Shown one piece after another: positions 45,493 through 55,528 of a stretch of DNA of 64,000 nucleotides. The notes under the pieces were generated by a model. The model made no database searches. It saw only the letters and a list, made by a program, of their open reading frames with translations, and was not told the DNA's origin. This DNA is from a virus. Numbering within the stretch: the stretch's first letter is position 1; every line of letters begins with the position of its first letter. The translations under genes were made by a program, and so were the position numbers. Where the stretch lies: positions 26,838 to 90,837 of IMG/VR virus record IMGVR_UViG_3300037244_000020, one strand, 5' to 3'.

Positions 45493-46185
45493 TTACTTCA
45501 CTTTGCCTGCGAGGAACTCGCAGTAGGTAGCATACAACTCCCGGAACTTTACCTTGGCGATGTCCGAATCAAGGAATTGCTGGAAGCCTGGCGCCCCCAT
45601 CTTCACGTGCAGGCCGATCTCTACCATCTGCTCGATAGACAGGGTTGCCATCGCGATCTTGAGGATGGGCGCCCACATCTTGACGTCGGGCAGCATCGAC
45701 CCTTTTGCAGCCGGGGCGGGGGTTGGCGCTTCTACGGGTGTGGCTTGTGGGAGGGCGGGTGCGGTCATGTCGGGTTCCGGTTGGGGCGAGGGCAACGGCG
45801 CAGGCGTTTCCTGAACGACAGGCGCCGGGGCGGGAGAAGGCTCCTGCTGCAGCGCTTGGGCAGATTCAGGGACCGCCACAGGTGCAGCCGCTTCAAGAGT
45901 AGCGGGCGGGGCAACAGCAGGGGCCGGGACCGCAGCGTTGGTCATAACTTGCTGGACCATCGAAGGCGTCATGGGCAGCGATGGCGAATTCTGCTGTAGA
46001 GCCGCCAATTGGTCAGCGAGCGACACATTGGGATTTGCCGACTGCATCGCCTTAAGCGCTGCGATCTGGGCCTGCAGCGCCTCGATCTGCTGGTTCTGCG
46101 AGAGTGGTGCGCTGCTCAATTTCAACCTCTTTAGGTATCTGCGGATCATCCATTCGGCGATCCAGGATTTCACTTTCGTCAGCAT
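45493..46185 (-). CDS. Pro/Ala/Gln-rich protein with helical C-terminal domain
   Basis: Low-complexity linker; upstream of the DUF2935-like gene. Confidence 0.7.
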   Translation of the reverse strand: MLTKVKSWIAEWMIRRYLKRLKLSSAPLSQNQQIEALQAQIAALKAMQSANPNVSLADQLAALQQNSPSLPMTPSMVQQVMTNAAVPAPAVAPPATLEAAAPVAVPESAQALQQEPSPAPAPVVQETPAPLPSPQPEPDMTAPALPQATPVEAPTPAPAAKGSMLPDVKMWAPILKIAMATLSIEQMVEIGLHVKMGAPGFQQFLDSDIAKVKFRELYATYCEFLAGKVK

Positions 46186-46616
46186 GGCGGCAGCACGTGA
46201 AAGCAGGTAACCCCTTCCGCGCGGTACATGCTGACTACAGGCATCTCGTTATCATAGGCGCACAGGACGCGCTCGCTTGGGATTGTTCCGTCGTGCAGCC
46301 AGCGCATCTTTATGTCAGCAGCTTCACGCGTGTCGCCAGCCGGGCGCATCAGCAGCCTGTTGTAGTAAATGTTGTGCTTGAATAACCAGTCTTCGGTATG
46401 GCTGCGGACCGAGTCGCTGCGCGCGGACACGATCCACATATCGCGACTGGCTGTGAAGTGGTCGCAGAATACCGATATGACTTCTTCGTAAGGCGCGTCA
46501 TCGACGCACGCTGCGGTATAGGCGTCCCAGTCGATCGGCTGTTCCCGCAGGAGATGGGCGCGGTGCGCCGTGAGTGCCAGCGTGTCATCAAGGTCAAATA
46601 TCACTAGGTCCCGCAT
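46179..46616 (-). CDS. HAD phosphatase (PNK 3'-phosphatase-like)
   Basis: IFDLDDTLA; VSAR; LLMRP..D...D.K. Confidence 0.85.
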   Translation of the reverse strand: MRDLVIFDLDDTLALTAHRAHLLREQPIDWDAYTAACVDDAPYEEVISVFCDHFTASRDMWIVSARSDSVRSHTEDWLFKHNIYYNRLLMRPAGDTREAADIKMRWLHDGTIPSERVLCAYDNEMPVVSMYRAEGVTCFHVLPPC

Positions 46617-46948
46617 GCCGCGCTCCTTGGTCGAAGGCGTCGGCTGCCTGACCGCACCTGCTGGTTGCCCATATGACGCCGAGGATGAATCCGACGCCAG
46701 CGCAGACTAGAAGACACACAGCCAGAAGCAATGCAGCGTTCGAGTATTCGATCACGTTCACCCTCGACAGGATGGAAAAAGGGCCGCACGTGAAGGCCGG
46801 CCTAAAGCCACATCAACCGGGGGATTGATGCAGGACTCCATCCTATATCGTCGGACGAAGCAAAGTCGTAACGAAGTGTATCAACGCAGCCACCAGACGA
46901 GCGAGGCTACCACAGCACCGATTAGAGCGCTGCGGAGGTGGGAGAGGA

Positions 46949-47653
46949 TCAGCCGGGTGCGGTAATGCATGATGAGGCTCCCAAGCGATGTCGCTTCAAC
47001 GCTGCGACCGCGACGGGTACGATCGGTTCGATCAAACTCAGCATTGCCTCAGCATAGACCCGAATCTCGTATTGCGAGTGCTCGTGGAGACGTAGTTTCA
47101 GGAAGTGCGCGAGATTGTGCAGGTCGACCGTGCAGAAGCAGTGTGAGTAGGTCGCGACCGGCAGAACAGTACGTGCCAGTTCGCGGGGGACGCCGTCAGC
47201 GATCATGTCCCGGTAGATAGTAAAACTGTCTCGGTTGAGGTTTGCCATCATGTCGCGCCAACCTTCTGCGAACGGGTGCTGCTCTTCCGTGCGCATCTGC
47301 TTATTTGAAGCGTGCTGTGTCGTGATCTGCTCGACGGCGGGTACGTAAAATTCTTCCGGCAACTCTGCGTAACGTGCGCTAACCTCGTTGAACGACCATG
47401 TACGGTGCCTATGCCACTGCCGGAACACGAAGATCGGCGCCTTCACGTCGAACGTGAACGTCACGGATTCCAGCGGACTGGTGTGGCCGTTCTTGATCAG
47501 GTAGTCGATCAGCTTTGCGTCGCTGCCAGTGTCTTCGCCAGCGCGCCACGCAGCGTTGTAGCTGACGCGTGCGGCGCGCGCGATGGATAGATCATTGCCC
47601 ATGTGGTCTACGAGGCGCACACTGCCGTGGTCTAGTACTTTGATTTCGTTCAT
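46949..47653 (-). CDS. thyX: Flavin-dependent thymidylate synthase
   Basis: HTSPLE; RQWHRHRTWSFNEVSARY; RELARTVLP; HSQYEIR. Confidence 0.95.
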   Translation of the reverse strand: MNEIKVLDHGSVRLVDHMGNDLSIARAARVSYNAAWRAGEDTGSDAKLIDYLIKNGHTSPLESVTFTFDVKAPIFVFRQWHRHRTWSFNEVSARYAELPEEFYVPAVEQITTQHASNKQMRTEEQHPFAEGWRDMMANLNRDSFTIYRDMIADGVPRELARTVLPVATYSHCFCTVDLHNLAHFLKLRLHEHSQYEIRVYAEAMLSLIEPIVPVAVAALKRHRLGASSCITAPG

Positions 47654-48585
47654 TTGGATTCCTTTGGGTTAAGTTTTTCGAGTTCGCGGACTTTTAAAAT
47701 AGCTTCGTAAGCCGCTTCCGGGGTATCGAAAGTCCCTAAATACTTAAATTTTCCATCTAATGTAGTTTGGGCTTTCCACCTCCTTGGCGAGGATGCTTTT
47801 GTTACTCCGCAGTAGCCGCTAGTATTAGACGAGCGCGCCCGGCCTAGCCAGTAGTTCCCTATTTTTGCCTTCGTCTCAGCCTTAAGTTTCTTTCCTTTGT
47901 TTATCTTGGACAGCTTCTCCCGAGTCTCCTGGCTGCGCACCTTGCCTGCATTTTTGCCCTTCAAGGAAGCAGACATTTTCCGCTTGGTCTCGTCACTTAG
48001 AGGTACGCCACTTCGTTTACCCTTCTGCGCCGCTGACATCTTTGCGCGGGCGGCGGAGCTACGCTTTTTGCCCTTATTCCCTGTTGCGATGTTCGCTTTG
48101 TGCTCGTCCGTGAGTTTTCTCCCGGTTCGGATACCCCGCTGGGCTTCGCTCATTTTCGCTCGTGTTTCAGCACTTCTTTTCTGACCCTTATGCGACTCCG
48201 CGCGCCTCGCTTTAGTCTCCTCGCTCTGCACACTGCCCAGCATTCTCTGGCGGCACTTCTCTCCGAACTCCGGGCCGTGCTTCGTGCCCAACGCGCTCCC
48301 CGCTGTCATGTAGGAGTTGTACAGTTTCGACCTGCTGCGCGCGTCGATCTGCTCCTGCTCTCTGGCTATCAGGTCTTCTTTGGCGCAAAACGCGATCTTA
48401 GAGAAAACTAAGGCGTCTTCGCCGTACTTGTTGAACGCCCGCTGCAGACTTAGGCAGTGGTGTGCCCCCTGCCTCAAATGCCTGCGGTGCACCCTCCACC
48501 GGGCTTTAAATGATACGGCGCTTCCGACGTACTGCTTGCCGGAAGGAGACGTAATGGTGTAGATCCCGCAGTCAAAGTTGAGCAC
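47650..48585 (-). CDS. GIY-YIG homing endonuclease with NUMOD3 repeats and AP2-like C-terminus
   Basis: CGIYTITSPSGKQYVGSA; S.ET+.K.S repeats; NTSGYCGV...YLGTFDTPEAA. Confidence 0.9.
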   Translation of the reverse strand: MLNFDCGIYTITSPSGKQYVGSAVSFKARWRVHRRHLRQGAHHCLSLQRAFNKYGEDALVFSKIAFCAKEDLIAREQEQIDARSRSKLYNSYMTAGSALGTKHGPEFGEKCRQRMLGSVQSEETKARRAESHKGQKRSAETRAKMSEAQRGIRTGRKLTDEHKANIATGNKGKKRSSAARAKMSAAQKGKRSGVPLSDETKRKMSASLKGKNAGKVRSQETREKLSKINKGKKLKAETKAKIGNYWLGRARSSNTSGYCGVTKASSPRRWKAQTTLDGKFKYLGTFDTPEAAYEAILKVRELEKLNPKESK

Positions 48586-50763
48586 TTACACCTCCACGAA
48601 ATTCTGAAAAACGCCCTCTGCCTGCGTCTCATGCGTAATTACGATCGTCTGCTCAAATCCTGCCGCCGCCGAAAAAGCCAGACACTGCAGCGTCCGCTCC
48701 GCGTCGCACGCGGCAAACGGCTCGTCAAGCACCATCATTGTCGCTCCGGGTACAAACACTTTCGCCAAAGCTATTCTTATTCCTAAGGCTAAGAGATCCA
48801 AGGCGCTCCCAGAATACGACGTGCTGGGCTTCCCATTGACGAGGAACGACTTACCCTCTCGCGTCACGATCGAAGGTTCACCGCGCATACGAGAAAGATA
48901 TGTGGAGACTGACATCAAAATAGTGTTCCAAAGCTGATTAGCTACAACAGGTCGCGCCTGCCTCAAATCCGCGATCAACTTGTTGTGGAACTCGTAGATC
49001 GCCAGTTCCGCTTCCGTCTTTTCGAGCGCTGCCGTCAAGCGCTGCACCAGATCCGCGTGAGTCGCTTCGGATTGCTTCAGAGACTTCAACAAGCTGCGCT
49101 TGGCTCCCAAGTCTTCAGCGAGTTTGAACGCGCGCATGCGCTTTTCGTTGAGGCTCTGCTCGCGAGTAGCGATTTTGGCGCTGAGGCTTTCTTCGCTTTC
49201 CGTAGGCACCTGAGCCTGCACCGTCGCCAGATCCTGCTTGGCGGTATCGAACGCGACGCGCGCCGACGACGCAGATGTGGCGGCCGACGCGCGGTCCTTG
49301 TCCAAGTTCACCCGAGCAAGACGCTCGGACTTCAACGCTGCGATCGCTTTCGTAGCATCTTCAACGCTGTCCAAGATCTCGCCGCCGATCCACTTGAAGC
49401 GAAACGGCACATACGCATGATCGATCTCGAACAGGTCAGGGCGTGTGAGGGCGAGCTTGAACGTCGGCGCCTTCAGGATTGCGTCGCCAGCTTCTGCGTT
49501 CTCGCGCGCATCTCTGCGCTTTCCCTGCAACTCAGCCACGCTCACTACGTAACCAGCCACTTCATCGGAGGCCGCGTAGATCTCCCGGAGAAGCGCCGCG
49601 TTCTGCTCCTTCACCTGCGGAAGCTCGCTCACGTCCTTGCCGCACAGTCCGCACGCGCTAGACGTGGTTTTCTTGCTCTCGGCGACGGCGATGCGCTGAC
49701 GCGCCGAGCTAATATTGAACTCCAGCGCACCTATCTTGGCGCTGTACTTCCGCTCGGCCTCGCGGTTCTCAGTGACGAACCGCTGCAGCGACTCGATGCC
49801 TTCATCCCACTCAGCTTCCGGCGCAGGCCACGCGTCAGCCGCTGCCTTGGCCTTCCGGCGCGCAGCGAAATCATCAGCACTACGTTGCTGCGTTTGCGCG
49901 GCTTCCAGGTCAGCCTCGATAGCTGACTCGGCGCGAGCGGCTTCCAACGCCGTTTCAGCCGCTTCCAGCGCACTTGCTGCAGTATCCATGCCGAAGATAG
50001 TTTGCGCGATGCGGCGCTGCGCGTTATCCAAGTTCGCAGCGTAAGTCGTGACAGATTGGAGCGACGCGCGGTCTCGGCGCAGGGATTCCTCGCCCGAAGC
50101 GATGCTGCTGTCCAACGCGGCCTTATCTGCTTCCATCGGCCCAATCGCAGATTCGCACTCCGCAATCGCTTGCGCGTAGCTGATGCCTTCCTGCGATTCT
50201 AACTGATCGCGGTCGGCGTTGGCGCGATCGACCAGTGCGACGGTAGAGCCGACCTTGCCGGTGGCTTGGATTTGGCTGATAAAAAATTCCACAATATCCA
50301 GACCACTAAGGTCTTCTATGAACTCGACCGCTTTCCCGGCTGCGTCGTCCAGTAGGCCGCCGATTTCCTTTTGCGAGGCAAAGTTCATTTTTTTGACGAC
50401 ATCGAGCGACGCGCCCATTTGCTCTGCAAACCAGGATGTCACTTCGTTCTGGCCGGTGACAGTCGGCGCTGCGGCGTCATGCGGAACGTAAATCTCGGCA
50501 CCTGACTTGCCCCGCGTCGCGCGGATCTGCGTGCCCTGCAGCGTCATGATCGCTTCGACCTTGCAGCTTGATGGCTTGGCAGACCACATCACGAAGTCGT
50601 TGTTGCGGCACGCCTTCGCACCTCCTAAGACGTAGAGGAATCCTTCGATGATCGTCGACTTGCCGCCTTCGTTGGCGCCTCTTAATGACGTGTTGCCAGG
50701 GCCGAAGGTGACGGTCTTGCTGTCGAACTGGCGGAAGTTGGTGAGGGTGAGGGAATTTAGCAT
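48586..50763 (-). CDS. Rad50/SbcC-like recombination ATPase
   Basis: GANEGGKST; CGLC hook; SYSGS; LDEPF; ITH. Confidence 0.9.
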   Translation of the reverse strand: MLNSLTLTNFRQFDSKTVTFGPGNTSLRGANEGGKSTIIEGFLYVLGGAKACRNNDFVMWSAKPSSCKVEAIMTLQGTQIRATRGKSGAEIYVPHDAAAPTVTGQNEVTSWFAEQMGASLDVVKKMNFASQKEIGGLLDDAAGKAVEFIEDLSGLDIVEFFISQIQATGKVGSTVALVDRANADRDQLESQEGISYAQAIAECESAIGPMEADKAALDSSIASGEESLRRDRASLQSVTTYAANLDNAQRRIAQTIFGMDTAASALEAAETALEAARAESAIEADLEAAQTQQRSADDFAARRKAKAAADAWPAPEAEWDEGIESLQRFVTENREAERKYSAKIGALEFNISSARQRIAVAESKKTTSSACGLCGKDVSELPQVKEQNAALLREIYAASDEVAGYVVSVAELQGKRRDARENAEAGDAILKAPTFKLALTRPDLFEIDHAYVPFRFKWIGGEILDSVEDATKAIAALKSERLARVNLDKDRASAATSASSARVAFDTAKQDLATVQAQVPTESEESLSAKIATREQSLNEKRMRAFKLAEDLGAKRSLLKSLKQSEATHADLVQRLTAALEKTEAELAIYEFHNKLIADLRQARPVVANQLWNTILMSVSTYLSRMRGEPSIVTREGKSFLVNGKPSTSYSGSALDLLALGIRIALAKVFVPGATMMVLDEPFAACDAERTLQCLAFSAAAGFEQTIVITHETQAEGVFQNFVEV

Positions 50764-50771
50764 GTGGGTTC

Positions 50772-50957
50772 CTAGTCAGAGAAGCAGTCAGTAATGAAGA
50801 GCGCTGCGCAACACCCCAATATGCCGTAGCAGATAACTTCCAGTGCGCCGACACTCGGCCGGGCGCAGAAGTAGACGACCCCAGCTAGCGGGAGCGTCCC
50901 GGACAAGAGGCGGATAGACGTCCGAACGTCTCGGTCTCTGAGAGGGTTACGCATCAC
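50772..50957 (-). CDS. Small membrane protein
   Basis: Two hydrophobic stretches; coupled. Confidence 0.45.
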   Translation of the reverse strand: MMRNPLRDRDVRTSIRLLSGTLPLAGVVYFCARPSVGALEVICYGILGCCAALFITDCFSD

Positions 50958-52102
50958 ACACGCTCCTTCAACATCGGCCGCAGGTACTCGACCTGGTCCG
51001 CCGACAAGTTATCGAAAAGAAACTCCGTCACGTCAAACTGCTGCACTTGCTCGACGGCTTCGAGCGCCGACACGTCCAGCGCCCGGCCGTTGACGATGAC
51101 CGCGTTGGTCACTACAAAAGCGCTATGCTTCTTGCGCAGCGTAGAGATCGCCTCCATCACGGCTGCGGCCTGCTCGTCAGTAGCCTCGCCTTTCACCCGC
51201 ACGAACTGCGCTGTCTCGGGGATCTGGTCGAGTTTGGTCCAATCGCATTCGAAATAGCTGCCCTTGTCGGTCCAGGTGACGACCTCGCTGATCCGGCCAG
51301 CCTCGATTTGGAGGGCGCGCTTGTAGGTGTTATTCAGACAATCAGAAACCGAGCAGGGGAATTGATTACCAACGATTAGCACTCCGTTCGGGTGCGTGTT
51401 CTGCACATGCTCGTGTGCAAAAATAATACGCTTCACGCCCGCCGCCTCAAGTGCTGCACACTGTTCTTTCGTTATGTTGAGTGAATGGTCTGTCTGCGCA
51501 GCCATTCCATTGTCGTAATTACAGTGCAGGAACACGAACGGAGTCGGATCGCTGCGCACCTGCTCAATCCACAAATCGTGAATGTCGTTATTCGGCGCGT
51601 GCGGAACAACCCAACCCTGATCGGCTTCGTGTTCGCTCCAAGCGATCAGTGTCGGCTCGGTGATGACGACAACCCGCTGCGGGTAAGCATCGGCGAGCAG
51701 CGCGGCGAGCAGGTCGAAGCTGGAGAGTTTTGCCGTGTCTTTCGCCAAATCGTGATTGCCCCTAGACATGAACAGCGTGCGGATCGCGCCGGACTCCAGA
51801 CGTGCGCATATAGCGCTGTAGACGCGCAGCAGCGCTGCGTTGGGGATCTGGAAGCCGTCGTGCAGGTCGCCGCCGATCAGCACGCATCCGTCTGTCGTCG
51901 GGATGTCGAGCAGATGCTCGAAACTTTCGTGAACGTATTCAAGTAGCATCGCCTGCGTTACAGGGGTGGTGCCGCCTGTGCGGTTCGGCGCGATGTGGAT
52001 ATCATTTATGAACAGCACTTTATAGTTTCCTTTGTGGGCGGGAACGAGGACCGATACTACTCGGTCCTCGCGCGAATGTCCACTACTAAGCGATTTCGCC
52101 AC
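50954..52102 (-). CDS. Mre11/SbcD-like metallophosphoesterase nuclease
   Basis: NDIH; GGDLHD; RGNHD; AHEH. Confidence 0.88.
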   Translation of the reverse strand: MAKSLSSGHSREDRVVSVLVPAHKGNYKVLFINDIHIAPNRTGGTTPVTQAMLLEYVHESFEHLLDIPTTDGCVLIGGDLHDGFQIPNAALLRVYSAICARLESGAIRTLFMSRGNHDLAKDTAKLSSFDLLAALLADAYPQRVVVITEPTLIAWSEHEADQGWVVPHAPNNDIHDLWIEQVRSDPTPFVFLHCNYDNGMAAQTDHSLNITKEQCAALEAAGVKRIIFAHEHVQNTHPNGVLIVGNQFPCSVSDCLNNTYKRALQIEAGRISEVVTWTDKGSYFECDWTKLDQIPETAQFVRVKGEATDEQAAAVMEAISTLRKKHSAFVVTNAVIVNGRALDVSALEAVEQVQQFDVTEFLFDNLSADQVEYLRPMLKERV

Positions 52103-53462
52103 GCACCGCTGCGTCGCGCTGTGCGTAGACTTCCGGCAACGAATCAGCCACCTCCTTATCGCTGCGATACCAGTCCTCCACCATGCGCGGCAGAAACAGC
52201 GAGTGCATCGGGTTGCTCGCGGACGGCGCCGTGACTTCGTTGAACCGCACGGCCCAGATGCGGCCTAGGAACGCTGATCGGTCCGCGTCAATAGCGTCCC
52301 GCAGCTTCTCGTTCTTCACTGCGACGTTCACGTTCAGCAACCCATCGCGCGTCTCCATACGCACGCGTCCGGCACGCCCTTCGTTCTTCGTGCCCTCCTC
52401 GCCGTCAAGGATCTCCCTAGTGATCAGGTCGACGTCCACTTCAAGCTTCAACTTCACGACGTCCTTGTTACCGCTCTTGGTATCCTTCCAGAACCCGGCG
52501 CCGTTCTTGAGCACAGTGCCCTCTTTGCCCTCGCCCTGCAGGCTCGTGCAGTGCGCATAGGCACCTTCTAGTGAGTGGACGATCGTAGTAGGAATGAGGC
52601 GTATAGACGTCACCGAGTAGTCTCCTAGTTGCCTGACCAGCGCTCCGAATCGCTCGCGGTACGGCACCCTGTACTCTCCCTTCGGCTTCACGAATTCCAG
52701 CGGGATCTGGTCCCAAGCGAAGAACACCGGCACCTCGTTCTCAGCGAAGGTTCCGCCCGACAACGCGCTGTTCAGAATGCCGTTACCGATCGCGCGCTCA
52801 GCGACTGCACCGTCGACCAGCACGAGGATTTCGCCGTGCGTTTGCGTGCCTTTAACCAGCGCGAAGCGTGCGTCGGCCGCGATGCCCGCAAACTGCTCAA
52901 TCGGCAGTTCGTTCCCGGCGCGCGTCGTCAGCCGCACGACGCCCGCGTGATCGTGATCGACGTTCGTGAAGGCACCGTCAGCCTTCTGCTGGCTGAACGC
53001 GCCCGCGTTCCAATCCCATTCGCTAAACTTGGCATCTGCAGGCAACACGCAGCGCATGTAGGGGAACGACCGGATAAGTCCCTTCGATACCTTGTTGACC
53101 GTCTCGGCGCCGAAGCCCGCGCGCAGGTCTTTCTTGATGACCCGCCAGAACAACTCGGAGGACTTAGGCTCAAGGCGCTCCATCTCGTTGACGACCGCAG
53201 CGATGGCGTTGTCGCCCGTCAGCCTTCGTGCTGCCAGCCCGGCGATGATCTCCCACGTGTTGTCGTCAAACAGGCCGTCACCGTTCGTTACGGTCAGCGG
53301 TCGATTGCTGATGTTGTAGCTGACGAGTGGGTCGAGAGCTGCGACGAGCGCGCGCTTGATCACGGCGCGGTTGATGATGGCTGCGAGCAGTGCCTGCTTC
53401 TCGTTCTTGCTGCTGGTTGCAGCGATCTGTTCGATTGCGTCGAATGCCTGGAGTGAGTTCAT
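52086..53462 (-). CDS. ATP-dependent DNA ligase
   Basis: QKADG; THGEIL; FAWD; EGTVLK; VKLK; SLFLPR. Confidence 0.9.
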   Translation of the reverse strand: MNSLQAFDAIEQIAATSSKNEKQALLAAIINRAVIKRALVAALDPLVSYNISNRPLTVTNGDGLFDDNTWEIIAGLAARRLTGDNAIAAVVNEMERLEPKSSELFWRVIKKDLRAGFGAETVNKVSKGLIRSFPYMRCVLPADAKFSEWDWNAGAFSQQKADGAFTNVDHDHAGVVRLTTRAGNELPIEQFAGIAADARFALVKGTQTHGEILVLVDGAVAERAIGNGILNSALSGGTFAENEVPVFFAWDQIPLEFVKPKGEYRVPYRERFGALVRQLGDYSVTSIRLIPTTIVHSLEGAYAHCTSLQGEGKEGTVLKNGAGFWKDTKSGNKDVVKLKLEVDVDLITREILDGEEGTKNEGRAGRVRMETRDGLLNVNVAVKNEKLRDAIDADRSAFLGRIWAVRFNEVTAPSASNPMHSLFLPRMVEDWYRSDKEVADSLPEVYAQRDAAVRGEIA

Positions 53463-53478
53463 GTGGGTTCCTTGCGGG

Positions 53479-55008
53479 TCAATAAGCGATGTACGTCTGC
53501 TCTTTAGCGCGGGTTATCGCCACGTATTGAGCAGTCATGAAGAGAAAGTTCGATTGCATTCCCATCAAGTCGGGAAGATCCACCAAACCATACTCCAGAG
53601 ACGCGCCTTGAATCTTGTAAACTGTGGATGCGTAGGTATGCCGAATTTCTGAAAAACTGTTCCGGTAGGCCCATGCCGCGTTGCGTGCTTGTGTGCGCTT
53701 GTCTCGCAGCGTCTTGTCGCTTGGTTCTCGCCGCATAGCGTGGTCAATCTGGTTTACTTCGTCAAATAGCTTCGACGCTTGGTGCCTGAACGCAGTCATT
53801 AGCTTCGGCGTATAGACCAGCACCGAGTTGCCCAGATCGTCGCGCATCACGATCTGGTAGACCTTCGTGTTGACGTATGTCGGGTGCGTCATCAGTTCGA
53901 CATCTTCAATAATGAACTCTTCGCTGCTGGCGATACTGACTTCCTTCCCTGTGTCCAGACTTTCGCCTTTGCAGGCTGACTGCACCAGCACGCGCTCTCC
54001 GATAACGAACATCGAGTTGCCACAGTTCGGGTAGAGATCGAAGTGGATGCTCTCATTGCACGACAGCACGTTTCGATTCGTGTAGCAGATGATCCGCGCA
54101 TCGACGCCGTCACGCTGCAATTCCAGCGCTTTCTCACGCAGACGGCTGGTGCCGCGAATGAAGCAGTCGGCGGGAAGAAAATCCATTAATTCGCTGGCCT
54201 GCACACGATCCTCGCGGCTAATGGATTGCATGATGCGCTGCGCTTCGCGCTCGGTCGGCGCGGCCAAAATCTCGTCCACGCGACTACGCTTTCGGACGTG
54301 CATAGATGCCGCGATAATCGGGTTACCCTCGGTCTGTCGCACGATCTGGCGCAACATCGAGCCTTGAGGCAATCTGAATGCCTTCGATACGGACCCCTCC
54401 ATCACCGAAGGGATCTGTGCGGGGTCGCCTACCATCAATACGAGGCACGCCCCCCGCGATGCTTGCACTTCGCGAAGCAGGACTTTTGCGTCTAGCATCG
54501 AACATTCGTCTATGAAGAGGAGATTGAACTGGTCTAATGCCGACTGTCCGGTGCTGGCGATCGACATCGTGCCGTCGTCGTTTTCGGTCATTCTCATCCC
54601 CAGGACGGAGTGAAGTGAGCGGAAGTCGGCTGCGACGACGCGCGATTTGGCGTACGCGCGGACCTTCTCCTGCACCACGCCGACGGCACGATTCGTCGGG
54701 GCGGTAACGACGATATTCCAGTTCTTCTCGCTCAGGTCAACGATGATCTTGGACGTGAGCGTGGATTTGCCCGAGCCGGAGTAGCCCTTGAGGACGTAGA
54801 AGTCATCCTGGTTATCGAAAAACCATTCCTCAGCGCCTGCGGGCAGCGGGAACTTCGGCTTCTTGTACCGAAGATCGATCCCGTCCGGCTGCTTCTTGCG
54901 CGGGTCACGCGCGTCCAGCCAGGCCATGATGGCGTCATAGGCCGCCTGCTGGTCCTCGTTGAGGGCGATAGATTCAGCCGCAGAAGCGGCAGTTTGTTCG
55001 GTCATCAA
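53479..55008 (-). CDS. Dda/RecD-like SF1B helicase
   Basis: GYSGSGKS; APTNRA; IDECSM; GDPAQI; YASTVYKIQG; YVAITRA. Confidence 0.9.
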   Translation of the reverse strand: MMTEQTAASAAESIALNEDQQAAYDAIMAWLDARDPRKKQPDGIDLRYKKPKFPLPAGAEEWFFDNQDDFYVLKGYSGSGKSTLTSKIIVDLSEKNWNIVVTAPTNRAVGVVQEKVRAYAKSRVVAADFRSLHSVLGMRMTENDDGTMSIASTGQSALDQFNLLFIDECSMLDAKVLLREVQASRGACLVLMVGDPAQIPSVMEGSVSKAFRLPQGSMLRQIVRQTEGNPIIAASMHVRKRSRVDEILAAPTEREAQRIMQSISREDRVQASELMDFLPADCFIRGTSRLREKALELQRDGVDARIICYTNRNVLSCNESIHFDLYPNCGNSMFVIGERVLVQSACKGESLDTGKEVSIASSEEFIIEDVELMTHPTYVNTKVYQIVMRDDLGNSVLVYTPKLMTAFRHQASKLFDEVNQIDHAMRREPSDKTLRDKRTQARNAAWAYRNSFSEIRHTYASTVYKIQGASLEYGLVDLPDLMGMQSNFLFMTAQYVAITRAKEQTYIAY

Positions 55009-55054
55009 ATTTCTCCTGGTCGATCCGCTGATCGGCCGTGTATGCAGCGTTGGG

Positions 55055-55255
55055 TTACTTGCAAAGCAGGTCGTACAGTTTCTGGCGGAACTCGGCTTGC
55101 GCAGCGACTACCTTCTCAGCGATGTCTTCCGGTACTCCCTCAAACACGTCGCGTTGACCGTCGCTGATACACACGGTCCCGTCACCCCACCAACCGAAAA
55201 CCGTATAGATTCCGACAGCCTCGTCGACGTACTTCTCTCGCATCGGTAGTTTCAT
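55055..55255 (-). CDS. Small hypothetical protein
   Basis: Coupled ORF. Confidence 0.55.
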   Translation of the reverse strand: MKLPMREKYVDEAVGIYTVFGWWGDGTVCISDGQRDVFEGVPEDIAEKVVAAQAEFRQKLYDLLCK

Positions 55256-55488
55256 GGCGCGTCCTTACGGAACTCGTCCACAGCCTCCGGCTTGTTAAGT
55301 ACGTCTACAGCCTGCGCACTGTTTTCTTCGAGATGCTCCCATTCGTGGATTTCTTCAGTCAGCTTCTCAAACTCCTCCGACTCCCACGGCTCGTCGAGGG
55401 TGTCACATAGATAGTTCGCACGGGCAATCCCCGCCTCAAACTGCTCTTTAGAGTTAAACGACATCCCAATCCCCAAAGTTAAGGGCAT
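55252..55488 (-). CDS. Small acidic hypothetical protein
   Basis: ORF, start uncertain. Confidence 0.5.
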   Translation of the reverse strand: MPLTLGIGMSFNSKEQFEAGIARANYLCDTLDEPWESEEFEKLTEEIHEWEHLEENSAQAVDVLNKPEAVDEFRKDAP

Positions 55489-55528
55489 CCTCTCGGATGC
55501 CCTCTGTAGAACGCTTTCGCGTTACGGT

